The notes under the pieces: generated by a model
Told to the model about the DNA's origin: nothing
Seen by the model: only the letters and a program-made list of their open reading frames with translations
Database searches by the model: none
NCBI GenBank assembly: GCA_002304785.1
Contig: DBMG01000053.1
Span: 40,227 to 104,226 of the forward strand
Length of the DNA stretch: 64,000 nt
Direction of reading: 5' to 3'
Source of the DNA: Candidatus Accumulibacter sp. UBA704
GTDB taxonomy: Bacteria > Pseudomonadota > Gammaproteobacteria > Burkholderiales > Rhodocyclaceae
Program-made: the position numbers and the translations under genes
Shown: in pieces, positions 9,138 through 19,283 of the stretch
How the letters are laid out: each line of letters begins with the position of its first letter
Numbering within the stretch: the first letter of the stretch is position 1

Positions 9138-10346
9138 ATGGACATTACGCAGACCTATCCGAACCCTGCCGGACATCCGGGTTCGGGCATTCTTGCCCGC
9201 CTGCTGGCACCTTTCTGGAAGGAACAGGCGACGGCGACGATTGCCAACTCCTCCGGCAACTTTCGCAGAGAAGCGCATATCGAAGAGCGGCACGATGCCG
9301 TCGGCTCAACGGCCGAAGCCCCGGCCCTTTTTTCCCTGCACGGCATCGGCAAGACGTTCAACGGCGGGGTAAGGGCGCTGCACGGCATCGATCTGGACAT
9401 TCGCGAAGGCGAAATCTTCGGCATCATCGGTCGCAGCGGCGCGGGGAAAAGCACGCTGATACGCACGCTGAACCAACTGGAACGTCCGACCGAAGGCCGC
9501 GTTCATTTCGAAGGCCGCGATCTGCTGGCGCTCGACGCCGCCGGACTGCGCCAGGTGCGGCGGCGCATCGGGATGATCTTCCAGCATTTCAACCTGCTGT
9601 CCTCGCGCACTGTCGCCGGCAACATCGCCCTGCCCCTTGAACTGGCCGGAGCGCCGGGAGAAGACATCAAACGTCGCGTCGACGAACTGCTCGACCTCGT
9701 CGGCCTCACGGAACAGCGCGATCGCCACCCGAACCAGATCAGCGGCGGACAAAAGCAACGTGTAGGTATCGCCCGCGCGCTGGCCACCGAGCCGCGCGTT
9801 CTGCTGTGCGACGAAGCCACCTCCGCACTCGATCCAGAGACGACCCAGTCGATTCTCGGCCTGCTCGCCGATATCAACCAACGGCTCGGTCTGACCATCG
9901 TCCTGATCACGCACCAGATGCAGGTCATCAAGGCGGTCGCCCATCGGGTCGCCGTGTTGGAGAACGGCCATCTCGCCGAACTCGGCGCGGTCGCCGACAT
10001 CTTCACCGCGCCGAAGCAGCCAATCACGCGCACCCTGCTGCAGGAGGTGATCGGCAACGAAATTCCGCCGGGCGTTCGTGACAGGGCGGCGCGTTTGCTC
10101 GCCAGCGGAGAAGGCCGCATCTGGCGCCTCGGCTTCCGCGGGGAGAGCGTGGACCGGCCGGCGCTGACCGAAGCGGCGGAACGCTTCGGGCTGAAGATCA
10201 ATCTGTTGCACGGCTATATCGACGAGATCCAGGGCACTCCGTTCGGCTCCCTCGTCGTCGCCGCCAGCGGCACGGCCGAGGCGATCGAGGCAGCGGAAAC
10301 GTTCATCCGTAGCCAGGAAATCTCGCTCGAGGAGATCAGGCTATGA
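9138..10346 (+). CDS. metN: methionine ABC transporter ATP-binding protein
   Basis: Walker [10 protein letters not shown], signature LSGGQKQRV and a C-terminal NIL domain. Stop overlaps the metI start. The start is uncertain: ATG 9138 leaves a 63-codon N-terminal extension. Confidence 0.85.
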   Translation: MDITQTYPNPAGHPGSGILARLLAPFWKEQATATIANSSGNFRREAHIEERHDAVGSTAEAPALFSLHGIGKTFNGGVRALHGIDLDIREGEIFGIIGRSGAGKSTLIRTLNQLERPTEGRVHFEGRDLLALDAAGLRQVRRRIGMIFQHFNLLSSRTVAGNIALPLELAGAPGEDIKRRVDELLDLVGLTEQRDRHPNQISGGQKQRVGIARALATEPRVLLCDEATSALDPETTQSILGLLADINQRLGLTIVLITHQMQVIKAVAHRVAVLENGHLAELGAVADIFTAPKQPITRTLLQEVIGNEIPPGVRDRAARLLASGEGRIWRLGFRGESVDRPALTEAAERFGLKINLLHGYIDEIQGTPFGSLVVAASGTAEAIEAAETFIRSQEISLEEIRL

Positions 10347-10996
10347 GCCCCGAACTGCTCCGTCTGTTTCAAACGTCGCTGCTCGAAACCCTCTGGATGG
10401 TCGGCGTCTCGGGCGCCATCGGGACGGTGGTCGGACTGCCGCTCGGCGTCCTGCTGGTCATCACCGATCACAACGGTCTGCTGCAGAACCGTCCGCTGAA
10501 TCGGGTGCTCGGTATCGTTGCCAACGCCGTGCGTTCAACGCCGTTCATCATCCTGCTGGTGGCCGTCATACCGCTGACCCGCCTGATTGTCGGAACCTCC
10601 ATCGGCACCTCGGCGGCGATCGTCCCGCTGGCCATCGCGGCGATTCCGTTCATTGCCCGCCTCGTCGAGACCGCCCTGCGCGAGGTCGACCGCGGTTTGA
10701 TCGAGGCCTTGCAGGCGATGGGCGCGACGCCATGGCAGATCATTCGCACGGTGCTGATTCCGGAAGCCCTGCCCGGCATCGTCGCCGGACTGACGATCAC
10801 GCTGGTCAGCCTGATCGGCCATTCCGCGATGGCCGGCGCCGTCGGCGGCGGCGGACTCGGCGACCTCGGCATCCGCTACGGTTACCAGCGCTTCCTGCCC
10901 GAAGTCATGACGCTGGTGGTGCTCGTGCTGATCGTCCTCGTCCAGATCGTCCAGTCCGCCGGTGACCGCCTGGCACGGCGCATCAGCCATCGTTAG
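10343..10996 (+). CDS. metI: methionine ABC transporter permease
   Basis: 217-aa polytopic permease immediately after metN with a 4-nt overlap. Confidence 0.9.
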   Translation: MSPELLRLFQTSLLETLWMVGVSGAIGTVVGLPLGVLLVITDHNGLLQNRPLNRVLGIVANAVRSTPFIILLVAVIPLTRLIVGTSIGTSAAIVPLAIAAIPFIARLVETALREVDRGLIEALQAMGATPWQIIRTVLIPEALPGIVAGLTITLVSLIGHSAMAGAVGGGGLGDLGIRYGYQRFLPEVMTLVVLVLIVLVQIVQSAGDRLARRISHR

Positions 10997-11033
10997 TTTT
11001 CACCCCCCAACAAATTCCCAAGGAGAAACTCAA

Positions 11034-11834
11034 ATGCACATTTCAAAACTGGTACGCGGCCTGCTCGCCGCTGTGGCTATCGTATCGTTTTCCGCCCACG
11101 CGGCACTCAGCGAAGACAAGCCGTTGCGCATCGGCGTAACCGCCGGGCCGCACGCGCAGATTTTCGAATTCGTCAAGAAAATCGCCGAGAAGGATGGCCT
11201 GAAACTCCAGATCGTCGAGTTTTCGGACTACGTGCAGCCGAACGCCGCGCTGGCGGCCGGCGACCTCGACGTGAACAGCTATCAGCACCAGCCCTACCTC
11301 GACAACGCCAACAAGGACCGCGGCTACAACCTCGTCTCCATCGGCCAGACGATCATCTTCCCGATCGGGCTCTATTCGAAGAAGTTCAAGTCGCTCGACC
11401 AAATCCCCAACGGCGCGCGGCTCGCCCTGCCCAACGACCCGACCAATGGCGGGCGGGTTCTGTTGCTGTTGCAATCGAAAGGATTGGTCAAACTCAAGCC
11501 GGAAGCGGGCCTCAAGGCAACCCCGCTGGATGTCGTGGATAACCCGAAGAAACTCAAGTTCATCGAACTCGACGCCGCCCAGCTGCCGCGCGCTCTCGAC
11601 GATGCGGATGTGGCCGCCGTCAATACCAACTACGCCATCCAGGCGGGCCTCTTGCCGTCCCGCGACGCCATCGCCATCGAAAGCCTGAAGTCGCCGTACG
11701 CCAACGTGATCGCCGTGCGGGCCGCCGACAAGGACAGCGCCGTGCTAAAGAAATTGCTCAAGGCCTACCAGAACGATCAGGTCAAGCAGTTCATCAAGAC
11801 CGAGTTCAGGGACTCCGTCTTCGCCACCTGGTAA
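11034..11834 (+). CDS. metQ: MetQ/NlpA-family methionine-binding lipoprotein
   Basis: Signal peptide MHISKLVRGLLAAVAIVSFSAHA. MetQ-like body. AGGAGA RBS before ATG 11034. Confidence 0.9.
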   Translation: MHISKLVRGLLAAVAIVSFSAHAALSEDKPLRIGVTAGPHAQIFEFVKKIAEKDGLKLQIVEFSDYVQPNAALAAGDLDVNSYQHQPYLDNANKDRGYNLVSIGQTIIFPIGLYSKKFKSLDQIPNGARLALPNDPTNGGRVLLLLQSKGLVKLKPEAGLKATPLDVVDNPKKLKFIELDAAQLPRALDDADVAAVNTNYAIQAGLLPSRDAIAIESLKSPYANVIAVRAADKDSAVLKKLLKAYQNDQVKQFIKTEFRDSVFATW

Positions 11835-11858
11835 GCAAATCGCCAAGAGCACCTCACG

Positions 11859-12944
11859 ATGAGTACTCCCGACTGGATCCGCGTGCAGCCCGGCGCCGCG
11901 AACTACTACGCATACGCCGGCGCACTGGATCAGATCGAGCAATTCCACCCATCCGGCGCCTTGAAGCGCGTGCTCTGGATCGGGGGCAAACGGGCGCAGG
12001 CGGCCGCCGCGCCCTACCTGCCTCCTCTTTTCCACGACTCCCGTTCCATTCGCGAGACGTTCTCCGGACATTGCTCTGAAAATGCCGTATCCCGTTACGT
12101 CCAACTCGGCCACGACGCGGACCTGATCATCGGCATCGGGGGCGGTTCGGTCCTCGATACGGCCAAGGCGGTTGCCCATCGCCTCGGCAAGCCATTCGTC
12201 GCCATTCCGACCATCGCCGCCACCTGTGCCGCCTGGACCCCGCTTTCGGTGTGGTACGACGATCACGGCAAGGCGCTGGGCTACGAGCTGTTCCCTCAGG
12301 CCAGCCGCCTGGTCCTGGTCGAACCGCGCATTCTTCTTGCCGCGCCACCCGACTACCTGCGCGCCGGCATCGGCGACACGCTGGCCAAGTGGTACGAAGC
12401 TCGCGTCCTGTGCGAAGCGGAGACATCGTTACCGCTGACGGCCCAGATCGGGCTCTCGGTCGCCCGGCAAATTCGCGACATCCTGATCGAGGACGGGCCG
12501 GCGGCGCTGGCCGCCGTGGCCAGTGGCAAATTGAGCGACAGTTTTCTGCGGGCGGTCGATGCCATCATTGCCGGTGGCGGTCTGGTCGGCGGACTCGGCG
12601 AACGCCATACCCGGCTTGCTGCCGCGCACTCGATCCACAACGGTTTGACCGTGCTGCCTGAAACCGCAGGATTTCTGCACGGAGCCAAGGTAGCCTACGG
12701 AATCCTCGTGCAACTCGCACTGGAAGAACGGCGCGACGAACTAGGCCATCTGGACGCGGCGCTCAAGGCACTGGGAATTCCTCGACGGCTGGCGGATCTG
12801 GATGTCGACATCGGACAAACCGAGCGCATCAATGCCTTCATCGCGCACACCTTGCGCAGCGGAGAATCCATCCATTTCCTGCCCGGGAAAATTGACAGTG
12901 CCCGCTTGCGGCAGGCGCTGACAACGGTTGAAACGCTGTCCTGA
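11859..12944 (+). CDS. iron-containing alcohol dehydrogenase family protein (glycerol-dehydrogenase-like)
   Basis: GGGSVLDTAKAVA motif and conserved His cluster (AAHSIHNG). Lies 24 nt after metQ. Confidence 0.8.
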   Translation: MSTPDWIRVQPGAANYYAYAGALDQIEQFHPSGALKRVLWIGGKRAQAAAAPYLPPLFHDSRSIRETFSGHCSENAVSRYVQLGHDADLIIGIGGGSVLDTAKAVAHRLGKPFVAIPTIAATCAAWTPLSVWYDDHGKALGYELFPQASRLVLVEPRILLAAPPDYLRAGIGDTLAKWYEARVLCEAETSLPLTAQIGLSVARQIRDILIEDGPAALAAVASGKLSDSFLRAVDAIIAGGGLVGGLGERHTRLAAAHSIHNGLTVLPETAGFLHGAKVAYGILVQLALEERRDELGHLDAALKALGIPRRLADLDVDIGQTERINAFIAHTLRSGESIHFLPGKIDSARLRQALTTVETLS

Positions 12945-13162
12945 CGGCTGATTGGAAGACAGCAGTGAATCACTGCGACCACAACGGTACGCGTACTTTC
13001 CATCCGGCGATGACGCGCTGACCCGCTTCGTTATTGTCGCCTCCGAGCCCCTCCAAGACATTGAAATAAGCCAGAAGCCGCGGACTACGCCTCTGATTGA
13101 ACTTTTGTAGGCGAGAGGATGTCGGACGCTTCGGTTCGTATTTTTCACCATAAGAAACGACG

Positions 13163-13190
13163 TTGCATCTTGTGAAATACACGATACAAT
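13163..13190 (+). promoter_or_regulatory. candidate sigma70 promoter for the PDH operon (TTGCAT-16 nt-TACAAT)
   Basis: TTGCAT at 13163-13168 and TACAAT at 13185-13190, about 100 nt upstream of the aceE ATG. Confidence 0.35.
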
Positions 13191-13291
13191 CGCAAAGCAA
13201 CCCCAGCCAGAACAAGGCCGTTTCACTCTTGCGGCATTCATCTACAATGAATCCGTTGCAAGCCAATCATCTGCTGACCAGGAGGCAAGTC

Positions 13292-15985
13292 ATGGCATCA
13301 ATTTCAGAACAATACCAACCCCTTGCGAAAGACGATTCAGACCCTCAGGAAACGCTTGAATGGCTGGGAGCTCTTGCCGGCGTCATCGAAAACGAAGGTT
13401 CCGATCGCGCCCACTTTCTGATCGAGCAATTGATTGCCCAGGCGCGCGAAGAAGGCATCGATATTCCTTACAGCGCCACCACCGAATACGTCAATACCAT
13501 TCCGGTCGAACGCCAGCCGATCTATCCCGGCGATGCGAGCATGGAAATCCGCATCCGCAACTTTATCCGCTGGAACGCCATGGCCATGGTCGTGCGCGCC
13601 AACCGCAACACCAACGTCGGCGGGCATATTGCCTCCTTCGCCTCGTCGGCAGCGCTTTACGAGGTTGGATTCAACTGGTTCTGGCGCGCGCCCAGCGAAA
13701 AGCACGGCGGAGACCTGATCTTCTTCCAGGGCCATTCGATTCCGGGCGTTTATTCCCGCGCTTTCCAGCTCGGGCAACTGACCGAGGAACAACTGAATAA
13801 TTTCCGCCAGGAAGTGGGCGACAACGGCCTGTCGTCGTACCCCCACCCCTGGCTGATGCCCGACTTCTGGCAATTCCCGACCGTGTCGATGGGCCTCGGA
13901 CCGATTCAGGCCATCTACCAGGCCCGCTTCATGCGTTACATGGAAAGCCGCGGCGCGATCGAGGCCCAGGACCGCAAGGTGTGGGCTTTCCTTGGCGACG
14001 GCGAAACCGACGAAGTCGAATCGCTGGGCGCCATCGGCATGGCCGCGCGTGAAAAACTCGACAACCTGATCTTCGTCATCAACTGTAACCTGCAGCGCCT
14101 CGACGGTCCTGTGCGCGGTAACGGCAAGATCATCCAGGATCTCGAAGGTGAATTCCGCGGCGCCGGCTGGAACGTGATCAAGCTGGTCTGGGGTCGCCAC
14201 TGGGACGTGCTGTTCGAGCGCGACAAGAAGGGCCTGCTGAAGAAGCGCATGATGGAATGCGTCGACGGCGAATACCAGACCTTCAAAGCCAAGAACGGCG
14301 CCTACGTGCGCGAGAAATTTTTCAACACACCTGAGCTCAAGGAACTCGTTGCCGACTGGACGGATGCCGACATCTGGCTGCTCAATCGCGGCGGCCACGA
14401 CATCTTCAAGATCTACAGCGCGTTCAAGGCTGCCGTTGAACACAAGGGCCAGCCGACGCTGATCCTGGCCAAGACGGTCAAGGGTTACGGCATGGGCGAG
14501 GCCGGCGAGGCGATGAACATCTCGCACCAGCAGAAGAAGCTCGACCGCGCCGCGCTGATAGGCTTCCGCGACCGCTTCAAGCTGCCGATCACAGACGACC
14601 AGATCGAAACGCTGCCCTACCTCAAGTTCGAGGAAGGTTCGGACGAACTCGCCTACATGCGCGAGCGCCGCGCCGCCCTCGGCGGCAACCTGCCGCAACG
14701 GCGTCGTTCGGCTGCTCCGCTCGAGATTCCGCCGCTCTCTTCCTTCGAACCCCTGCTGCGCGCTTCCGGCGAGGGTCGCGAGGTATCGACCACGATGTCC
14801 ATCGTGCGCGCCCTGAACATCATGCTCAAGGACAAGAACATCGGCCGCCACGTTGTACCCATCGTTCCGGACGAATCACGCACCTTCGGCATGGAAGGCC
14901 TGTTCCGCCAGATCGGCATCTGGAACCAGCAGGGCCAGAAATACCTGCCGGAGGATCATGACCAGTTGATGTTCTACAAGGAATCGAAGACCGGCCAGGT
15001 ACTGCAGGAAGGCATCAACGAAGCCGGCGCGATGAGCGACTGGATCGCCGCTGCGACGTCCTACTCGGTGCACGGGGTGCAGATGATCCCGTTCTACATC
15101 TGCTATTCGATGTTCGGCTTCCAGCGCACCATGGACCTGTGTTGGGCGGCGGGCGACCAGCGCGCCCGCGGCTTCCTGGTCGGCGGAACGGCCGGGCGCA
15201 CCACGCTCAACGGCGAGGGACTGCAGCATCAGGACGGCCACTCGCTGATCCTCTCGGGCCTGATCCCCAACTGCATCAGCTACGACCCGACCTTCTCCTA
15301 CGAGGTCGCGGTGATCATGCAAGAGGGCATGCGCCGCATGTTCCAGGAACAGGAGGACGTCTACTACTACCTGACGGTGATGAACGAGAACTACGAGCAT
15401 CCCGAAATGCCGCAGGGCGCCGAAAAGGACATCATCAAGGGCATGTACCTGTTCCGCAAGGGCGCCAAGGGCAAGGGCAAGCAGCCCGCGCCGCGCGTGC
15501 AGCTGCTCGGTTCTGGCACCATCTTCCGCGAAGTCATCGCGGCCGCCGATCTGCTCAAGAGCGACTGGGGCATCGATGCGGACCTGTGGGGCTGCCCGAG
15601 CTTCAACGAACTGGCACGCGATGGCAACGATGCCGCGCGCCGGAGCATGCTACACCCCTCGGAAAAACCGAAACAGAGCCATGTCGAACGCTGCCTGGGC
15701 AACACCCAAGGGCCGATCGTCGCCGCCAGTGATTACGTCCGGCTCTATGCAGAACAGATCCGTCCGTTCATCAACCGCCGCTACGTCACGCTCGGAACCG
15801 ATGGATTCGGCCGCTCCGACACTCGCGAGGCCCTGCGCCATTTCTTCGAGGTCGATCGCCGCTGGATCACGGTCGCGGCGCTAAAAGCACTCGCCGACGA
15901 GGGTACCATCGACCGCAGCAAAGTCGCCGAAGCGATCGTCAAGTACGGCATCGACATCAACAAACCGAACCCGATGACGGTCTAA
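13292..15985 (+). CDS. aceE: pyruvate dehydrogenase E1 component (homodimeric type)
   Basis: About 897 aa from ATG 13292, with AGGAGG RBS at 13280-13285. AceE-type sequence throughout. Confidence 0.95.
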   Translation: MASISEQYQPLAKDDSDPQETLEWLGALAGVIENEGSDRAHFLIEQLIAQAREEGIDIPYSATTEYVNTIPVERQPIYPGDASMEIRIRNFIRWNAMAMVVRANRNTNVGGHIASFASSAALYEVGFNWFWRAPSEKHGGDLIFFQGHSIPGVYSRAFQLGQLTEEQLNNFRQEVGDNGLSSYPHPWLMPDFWQFPTVSMGLGPIQAIYQARFMRYMESRGAIEAQDRKVWAFLGDGETDEVESLGAIGMAAREKLDNLIFVINCNLQRLDGPVRGNGKIIQDLEGEFRGAGWNVIKLVWGRHWDVLFERDKKGLLKKRMMECVDGEYQTFKAKNGAYVREKFFNTPELKELVADWTDADIWLLNRGGHDIFKIYSAFKAAVEHKGQPTLILAKTVKGYGMGEAGEAMNISHQQKKLDRAALIGFRDRFKLPITDDQIETLPYLKFEEGSDELAYMRERRAALGGNLPQRRRSAAPLEIPPLSSFEPLLRASGEGREVSTTMSIVRALNIMLKDKNIGRHVVPIVPDESRTFGMEGLFRQIGIWNQQGQKYLPEDHDQLMFYKESKTGQVLQEGINEAGAMSDWIAAATSYSVHGVQMIPFYICYSMFGFQRTMDLCWAAGDQRARGFLVGGTAGRTTLNGEGLQHQDGHSLILSGLIPNCISYDPTFSYEVAVIMQEGMRRMFQEQEDVYYYLTVMNENYEHPEMPQGAEKDIIKGMYLFRKGAKGKGKQPAPRVQLLGSGTIFREVIAAADLLKSDWGIDADLWGCPSFNELARDGNDAARRSMLHPSEKPKQSHVERCLGNTQGPIVAASDYVRLYAEQIRPFINRRYVTLGTDGFGRSDTREALRHFFEVDRRWITVAALKALADEGTIDRSKVAEAIVKYGIDINKPNPMTV

Positions 15986-15997
15986 AGGAGCGATTTC

Positions 15998-17305
15998 ATG
16001 AGTCAAGCAATAGAAGTCAAAGTCCCTGACATCGGCGGTTTCAGTCTCATCCCGGTCATCGAACTGTGCGTCAAGGTCGGCGACAGCGTCGAAGCCGACG
16101 CGCCGCTGATCACCCTCGAATCCGAAAAGGCCACGATGGACGTCCCGGCGCCGAAAGCCGGCATTGTCAAGGAACTGCGCGTCGGACTCGGCGACCGCGT
16201 GTCCGAAGGCACCGTCATCGCCCTGATCGAACCGGCAAGCGCCGAAGCGCCGGTTCAGGAAAAGCAGGAAGCTGCAGCGGTTGCTCCGTCCCAAGCGGCA
16301 GCGCCCGTCCTTCCCACTCCACCCACGCCGCAGACTCCGCGCGAGCCGATTCCGGCTCCGCGCACCTCGCAGCCGGCAGAACGCCAGTTTGACGGCAAGG
16401 CCCACGCCAGTCCCTCGGTACGCCTGTTCGCCCGGGAACTGGGTGTCGACCTGACCAAGGTTCCAGCCACCGGCCCCAAGGGACGCATCCTCAAGGAAGA
16501 CGTGACCGCCTTCGTCAAGGGCGTCATGCAGGCCGGCGTCGTTCCGGGCGCGGCCCCCAGCCTCGGGGGCGGCCTCGACCTGCTGCCGTGGCCGAAAGTC
16601 GATTTCGAGAAATTCGGTGCGATCGAGGTCCAGCCGCTGTCGCGCATCAAGAAGATTTCCGGGCAGAACCTGGCCCGCAACTGGGTCATGATCCCGGCGG
16701 TCACCTACCACGAGGACGCCGACATCACCGATCTGGAAGCCTTCCGCCTCGCGCTGAACAAGGAGAACGAGAAGAGCGGCGCCAAGGTCACCATGCTCGC
16801 CTTCCTGATCAAGGCTTGCGAACTGGCGCTGAAAAAATTCCCGGAGTTCAACAGCTCGCTGGACGGCGAAAACCTGGTGCTGAAGAAGTATTTCAACATC
16901 GCCTTCGCCGCTGACACGCCGAATGGCCTGGTCGTGCCGGTAATCAAGAACGTCGACCGCAAATCGGTCAGCCAGATCGCCGTCGAATGCGGCGAACTGG
17001 CGAAGAAGGCTCGCGACGGCAAGCTCGGCCCGGCGGAAATGACCGGCGCCTGCTTTACCATCTCCAGCGTCGGCGGCATCGGCGGCACGGCATTCTCGCC
17101 GATCGTCAATGCGCCGGAAGTGGCCATCCTCGGCGTGAGCAAGTCGGTGATGAAACCGGTGTGGAACGGCAGTGAATTCGTCCCGCGCCTGATGTTGCCG
17201 CTGTCGCTGTCGGCTGACCACCGCGTCATCGACGGCGCGCTGGCCACCCGCTTCAACGTCTATATCGCGCAATTGCTGGCCGACATGCGCCGCGCGCTGG
17301 TTTGA
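15998..17305 (+). CDS. aceF: dihydrolipoyllysine-residue acetyltransferase E2 (single lipoyl domain)
   Basis: Lipoyl motif ESEKATMDVP, E3-binding domain, and catalytic DHRVIDG. Confidence 0.95.
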   Translation: MSQAIEVKVPDIGGFSLIPVIELCVKVGDSVEADAPLITLESEKATMDVPAPKAGIVKELRVGLGDRVSEGTVIALIEPASAEAPVQEKQEAAAVAPSQAAAPVLPTPPTPQTPREPIPAPRTSQPAERQFDGKAHASPSVRLFARELGVDLTKVPATGPKGRILKEDVTAFVKGVMQAGVVPGAAPSLGGGLDLLPWPKVDFEKFGAIEVQPLSRIKKISGQNLARNWVMIPAVTYHEDADITDLEAFRLALNKENEKSGAKVTMLAFLIKACELALKKFPEFNSSLDGENLVLKKYFNIAFAADTPNGLVVPVIKNVDRKSVSQIAVECGELAKKARDGKLGPAEMTGACFTISSVGGIGGTAFSPIVNAPEVAILGVSKSVMKPVWNGSEFVPRLMLPLSLSADHRVIDGALATRFNVYIAQLLADMRRALV

Positions 17306-17318
17306 TCGGGAGACAGGA

Positions 17319-19154
17319 ATGAGCCAGATCATTGAAGTCAAAGTCCCCGATATCGGCGATTTCAAGAACGTCCCGATCATCGACATCGCCGTCAAGGTGG
17401 GCGATTCGGTCACCACCGAAGAAGCCTTGATGACCCTCGAATCGGACAAGGCAACCATCGACGTCCCGAGTCCGTGTGACGGCGTCATCAAGGAAATCAC
17501 CGTCAAGGTGGGCGACAAGGTCTCCGAGGGCAGCATCATCGCCCGCATCGACGCAGCGGCGTCAGCGGCGTCAGCGGCGGCGGAAGCGCAACCGGCCGTG
17601 GCCACGCCTACCGCCGTAACGCCCGCGCCACCAGCCGGCAAGCCCGAGGGTACGGCCAGTGCCGTCGCGCCGGCGGCGGCTGCGCAAGCCGGACAGTTCT
17701 CCGGCAAGGCCGATGTCGAATGCGAGATGCTCGTCCTCGGCGCCGGCCCCGGCGGCTATTCGGCGGCCTTCCGTTCCGCCGACCTGGGGATGAAGACAGT
17801 CATCGTCGAACGCTACGCCACGCTCGGCGGCGTGTGCCTCAACGTCGGGTGCATCCCCTCTAAAGCCCTGCTGCACGTCGCCGCAGTCATGGAAGAAGCC
17901 GAACACATGGCGGAAACCGGGGTGACGTTCGCCCCTCCGCAGATCGACATCGACAAGCTGCGCGCGCACAAGGCCAAGGTGGTCGGCAAGCTGACCACCG
18001 GCCTGGCCGGCATGGCCAAGGCACGCAAGGTGGATATCGTCCGCGGCTACGGCAGTTTCCTCGACGCCAATCATGTGGAAGTCGAGGTGACCGATGGCAA
18101 GGGACAGGAAAAAACCGGCCAGAGGAAAATCATCCGTTTCCAGAAGTGCATCATCGCTGCCGGCAGTTCGCCGGTACACCTCCCGTTCATCCCGCAGGAC
18201 CCGCGCGTCGTCGACTCGACCGGGGCGCTGGAGTTGCGCTTCGTGCCGAAGAAACTGCTGGTCATCGGCGGCGGCATCATCGGCCTGGAAATGGCCACGG
18301 TCTATTCGCTCCTGGGCGCCCGCGTCGACGTCGTGGAAATGCTCGACGCCCTGATGCAGGGCCCCGACCGCGACGCCGTCAAGGTCTGGGAAAAGCAGAA
18401 TACGCACCGCTTCGACTCGGTCATGCTGAAGACCCGCACCGTGGCGGTCGACGCCCGCGATAGCGGACTGTACGTCAAGTTCGAAGGGGAGAACGCCCCG
18501 GCGGATGCCGTCCGCTATGACATGATCCTGCAATCGGCAGGCCGCGTGCCGAACGGCAAGAAGATCGCCGCGGAAAAGGCGGGCGTCACGGTATCCGAAC
18601 GGGGATTCATCGCGGCGGATAACCAGATGCGCACCAACGTGCCGCACATCTTTGCCATCGGCGACATCGTCGGCAACCCGATGCTGGCGCACAAGGCAGT
18701 CCACGAGGGGCATGTCGCCGCCGAAGTTGCGGCCGGACAGAAGACGGCATTCGAGGCGACGGTCATCCCCGGCGTGGCCTACACCCATCCGGAAGTAGCC
18801 TGGGTCGGGTACACCGAGGCCCAGGCAGCCAAGGAAGGTCGCGCCGTGGAAATTGCCAAGTTCCCGTGGGCGGCCTCCGGCCGGGCCATCGCCAACGGTG
18901 CAGAGTACGGTTTCACCAAGTTGATCTTCGACGCCTCGGAAGACGGCGGACACCGCATCATCGGCGGCGCCATCGTCGGCCCGGCGGCCGGCGACATGAT
19001 CGGCGAAATCTGCCTGGCCATCGAGATGGGCTGTGATGAGGTGGATATCGGCAAGACCATCCATCCGCACCCGACGCTCGGCGAAAGCATCGGCATGGCG
19101 GCCGAAGTCGCGCACGGCACCTGCACCGACCTGCCGCCCATCAGGAAGAAGTAG
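17319..19154 (+). CDS. lpdA: dihydrolipoyl dehydrogenase E3 with N-terminal lipoyl domain
   Basis: N-terminal ESDKATIDVP lipoyl domain, Ala/Pro linker, GAGPGGY FAD motif, and redox-active CLNVGC. Confidence 0.95.
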   Translation: MSQIIEVKVPDIGDFKNVPIIDIAVKVGDSVTTEEALMTLESDKATIDVPSPCDGVIKEITVKVGDKVSEGSIIARIDAAASAASAAAEAQPAVATPTAVTPAPPAGKPEGTASAVAPAAAAQAGQFSGKADVECEMLVLGAGPGGYSAAFRSADLGMKTVIVERYATLGGVCLNVGCIPSKALLHVAAVMEEAEHMAETGVTFAPPQIDIDKLRAHKAKVVGKLTTGLAGMAKARKVDIVRGYGSFLDANHVEVEVTDGKGQEKTGQRKIIRFQKCIIAAGSSPVHLPFIPQDPRVVDSTGALELRFVPKKLLVIGGGIIGLEMATVYSLLGARVDVVEMLDALMQGPDRDAVKVWEKQNTHRFDSVMLKTRTVAVDARDSGLYVKFEGENAPADAVRYDMILQSAGRVPNGKKIAAEKAGVTVSERGFIAADNQMRTNVPHIFAIGDIVGNPMLAHKAVHEGHVAAEVAAGQKTAFEATVIPGVAYTHPEVAWVGYTEAQAAKEGRAVEIAKFPWAASGRAIANGAEYGFTKLIFDASEDGGHRIIGGAIVGPAAGDMIGEICLAIEMGCDEVDIGKTIHPHPTLGESIGMAAEVAHGTCTDLPPIRKK

Positions 19155-19173
19155 AACGGGAAGCGATAAGGAA

Positions 19174-19200
19174 AGGGGAAGCCGGCAGAGGACTTCCCCT
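19174..19200 (+). terminator. stem-loop downstream of lpd (weak intrinsic terminator candidate)
   Basis: AGGGGAAG (19174-19181) pairs with CTTCCCCT (19193-19200) across an 11-nt loop. The downstream tract is C/T-rich rather than a clean T-run. Confidence 0.3.
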
Positions 19201-19283
19201 CCTTCTACCCCCCTTGATTCCAAAAGGATTGTTTCGGCCTCCGGTTTTGGTCATAATGCCCGATCTTCTCCGGAATCATCGCC

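Noticed and set aside
12970-13266. 98-aa minus-strand ORF in the aceE upstream region
   Set aside because: No SD, no family resemblance, Cys/Arg-rich, and it overlaps the predicted aceE promoter. Treated as non-coding leader/promoter DNA.
15881-19223. 608-aa and 550-aa minus-strand ORFs opposite aceF and lpd
   Set aside because: Shadow ORFs antisense to the PDH genes. Arg/Gly/Ala-rich, with no recognisable motifs.
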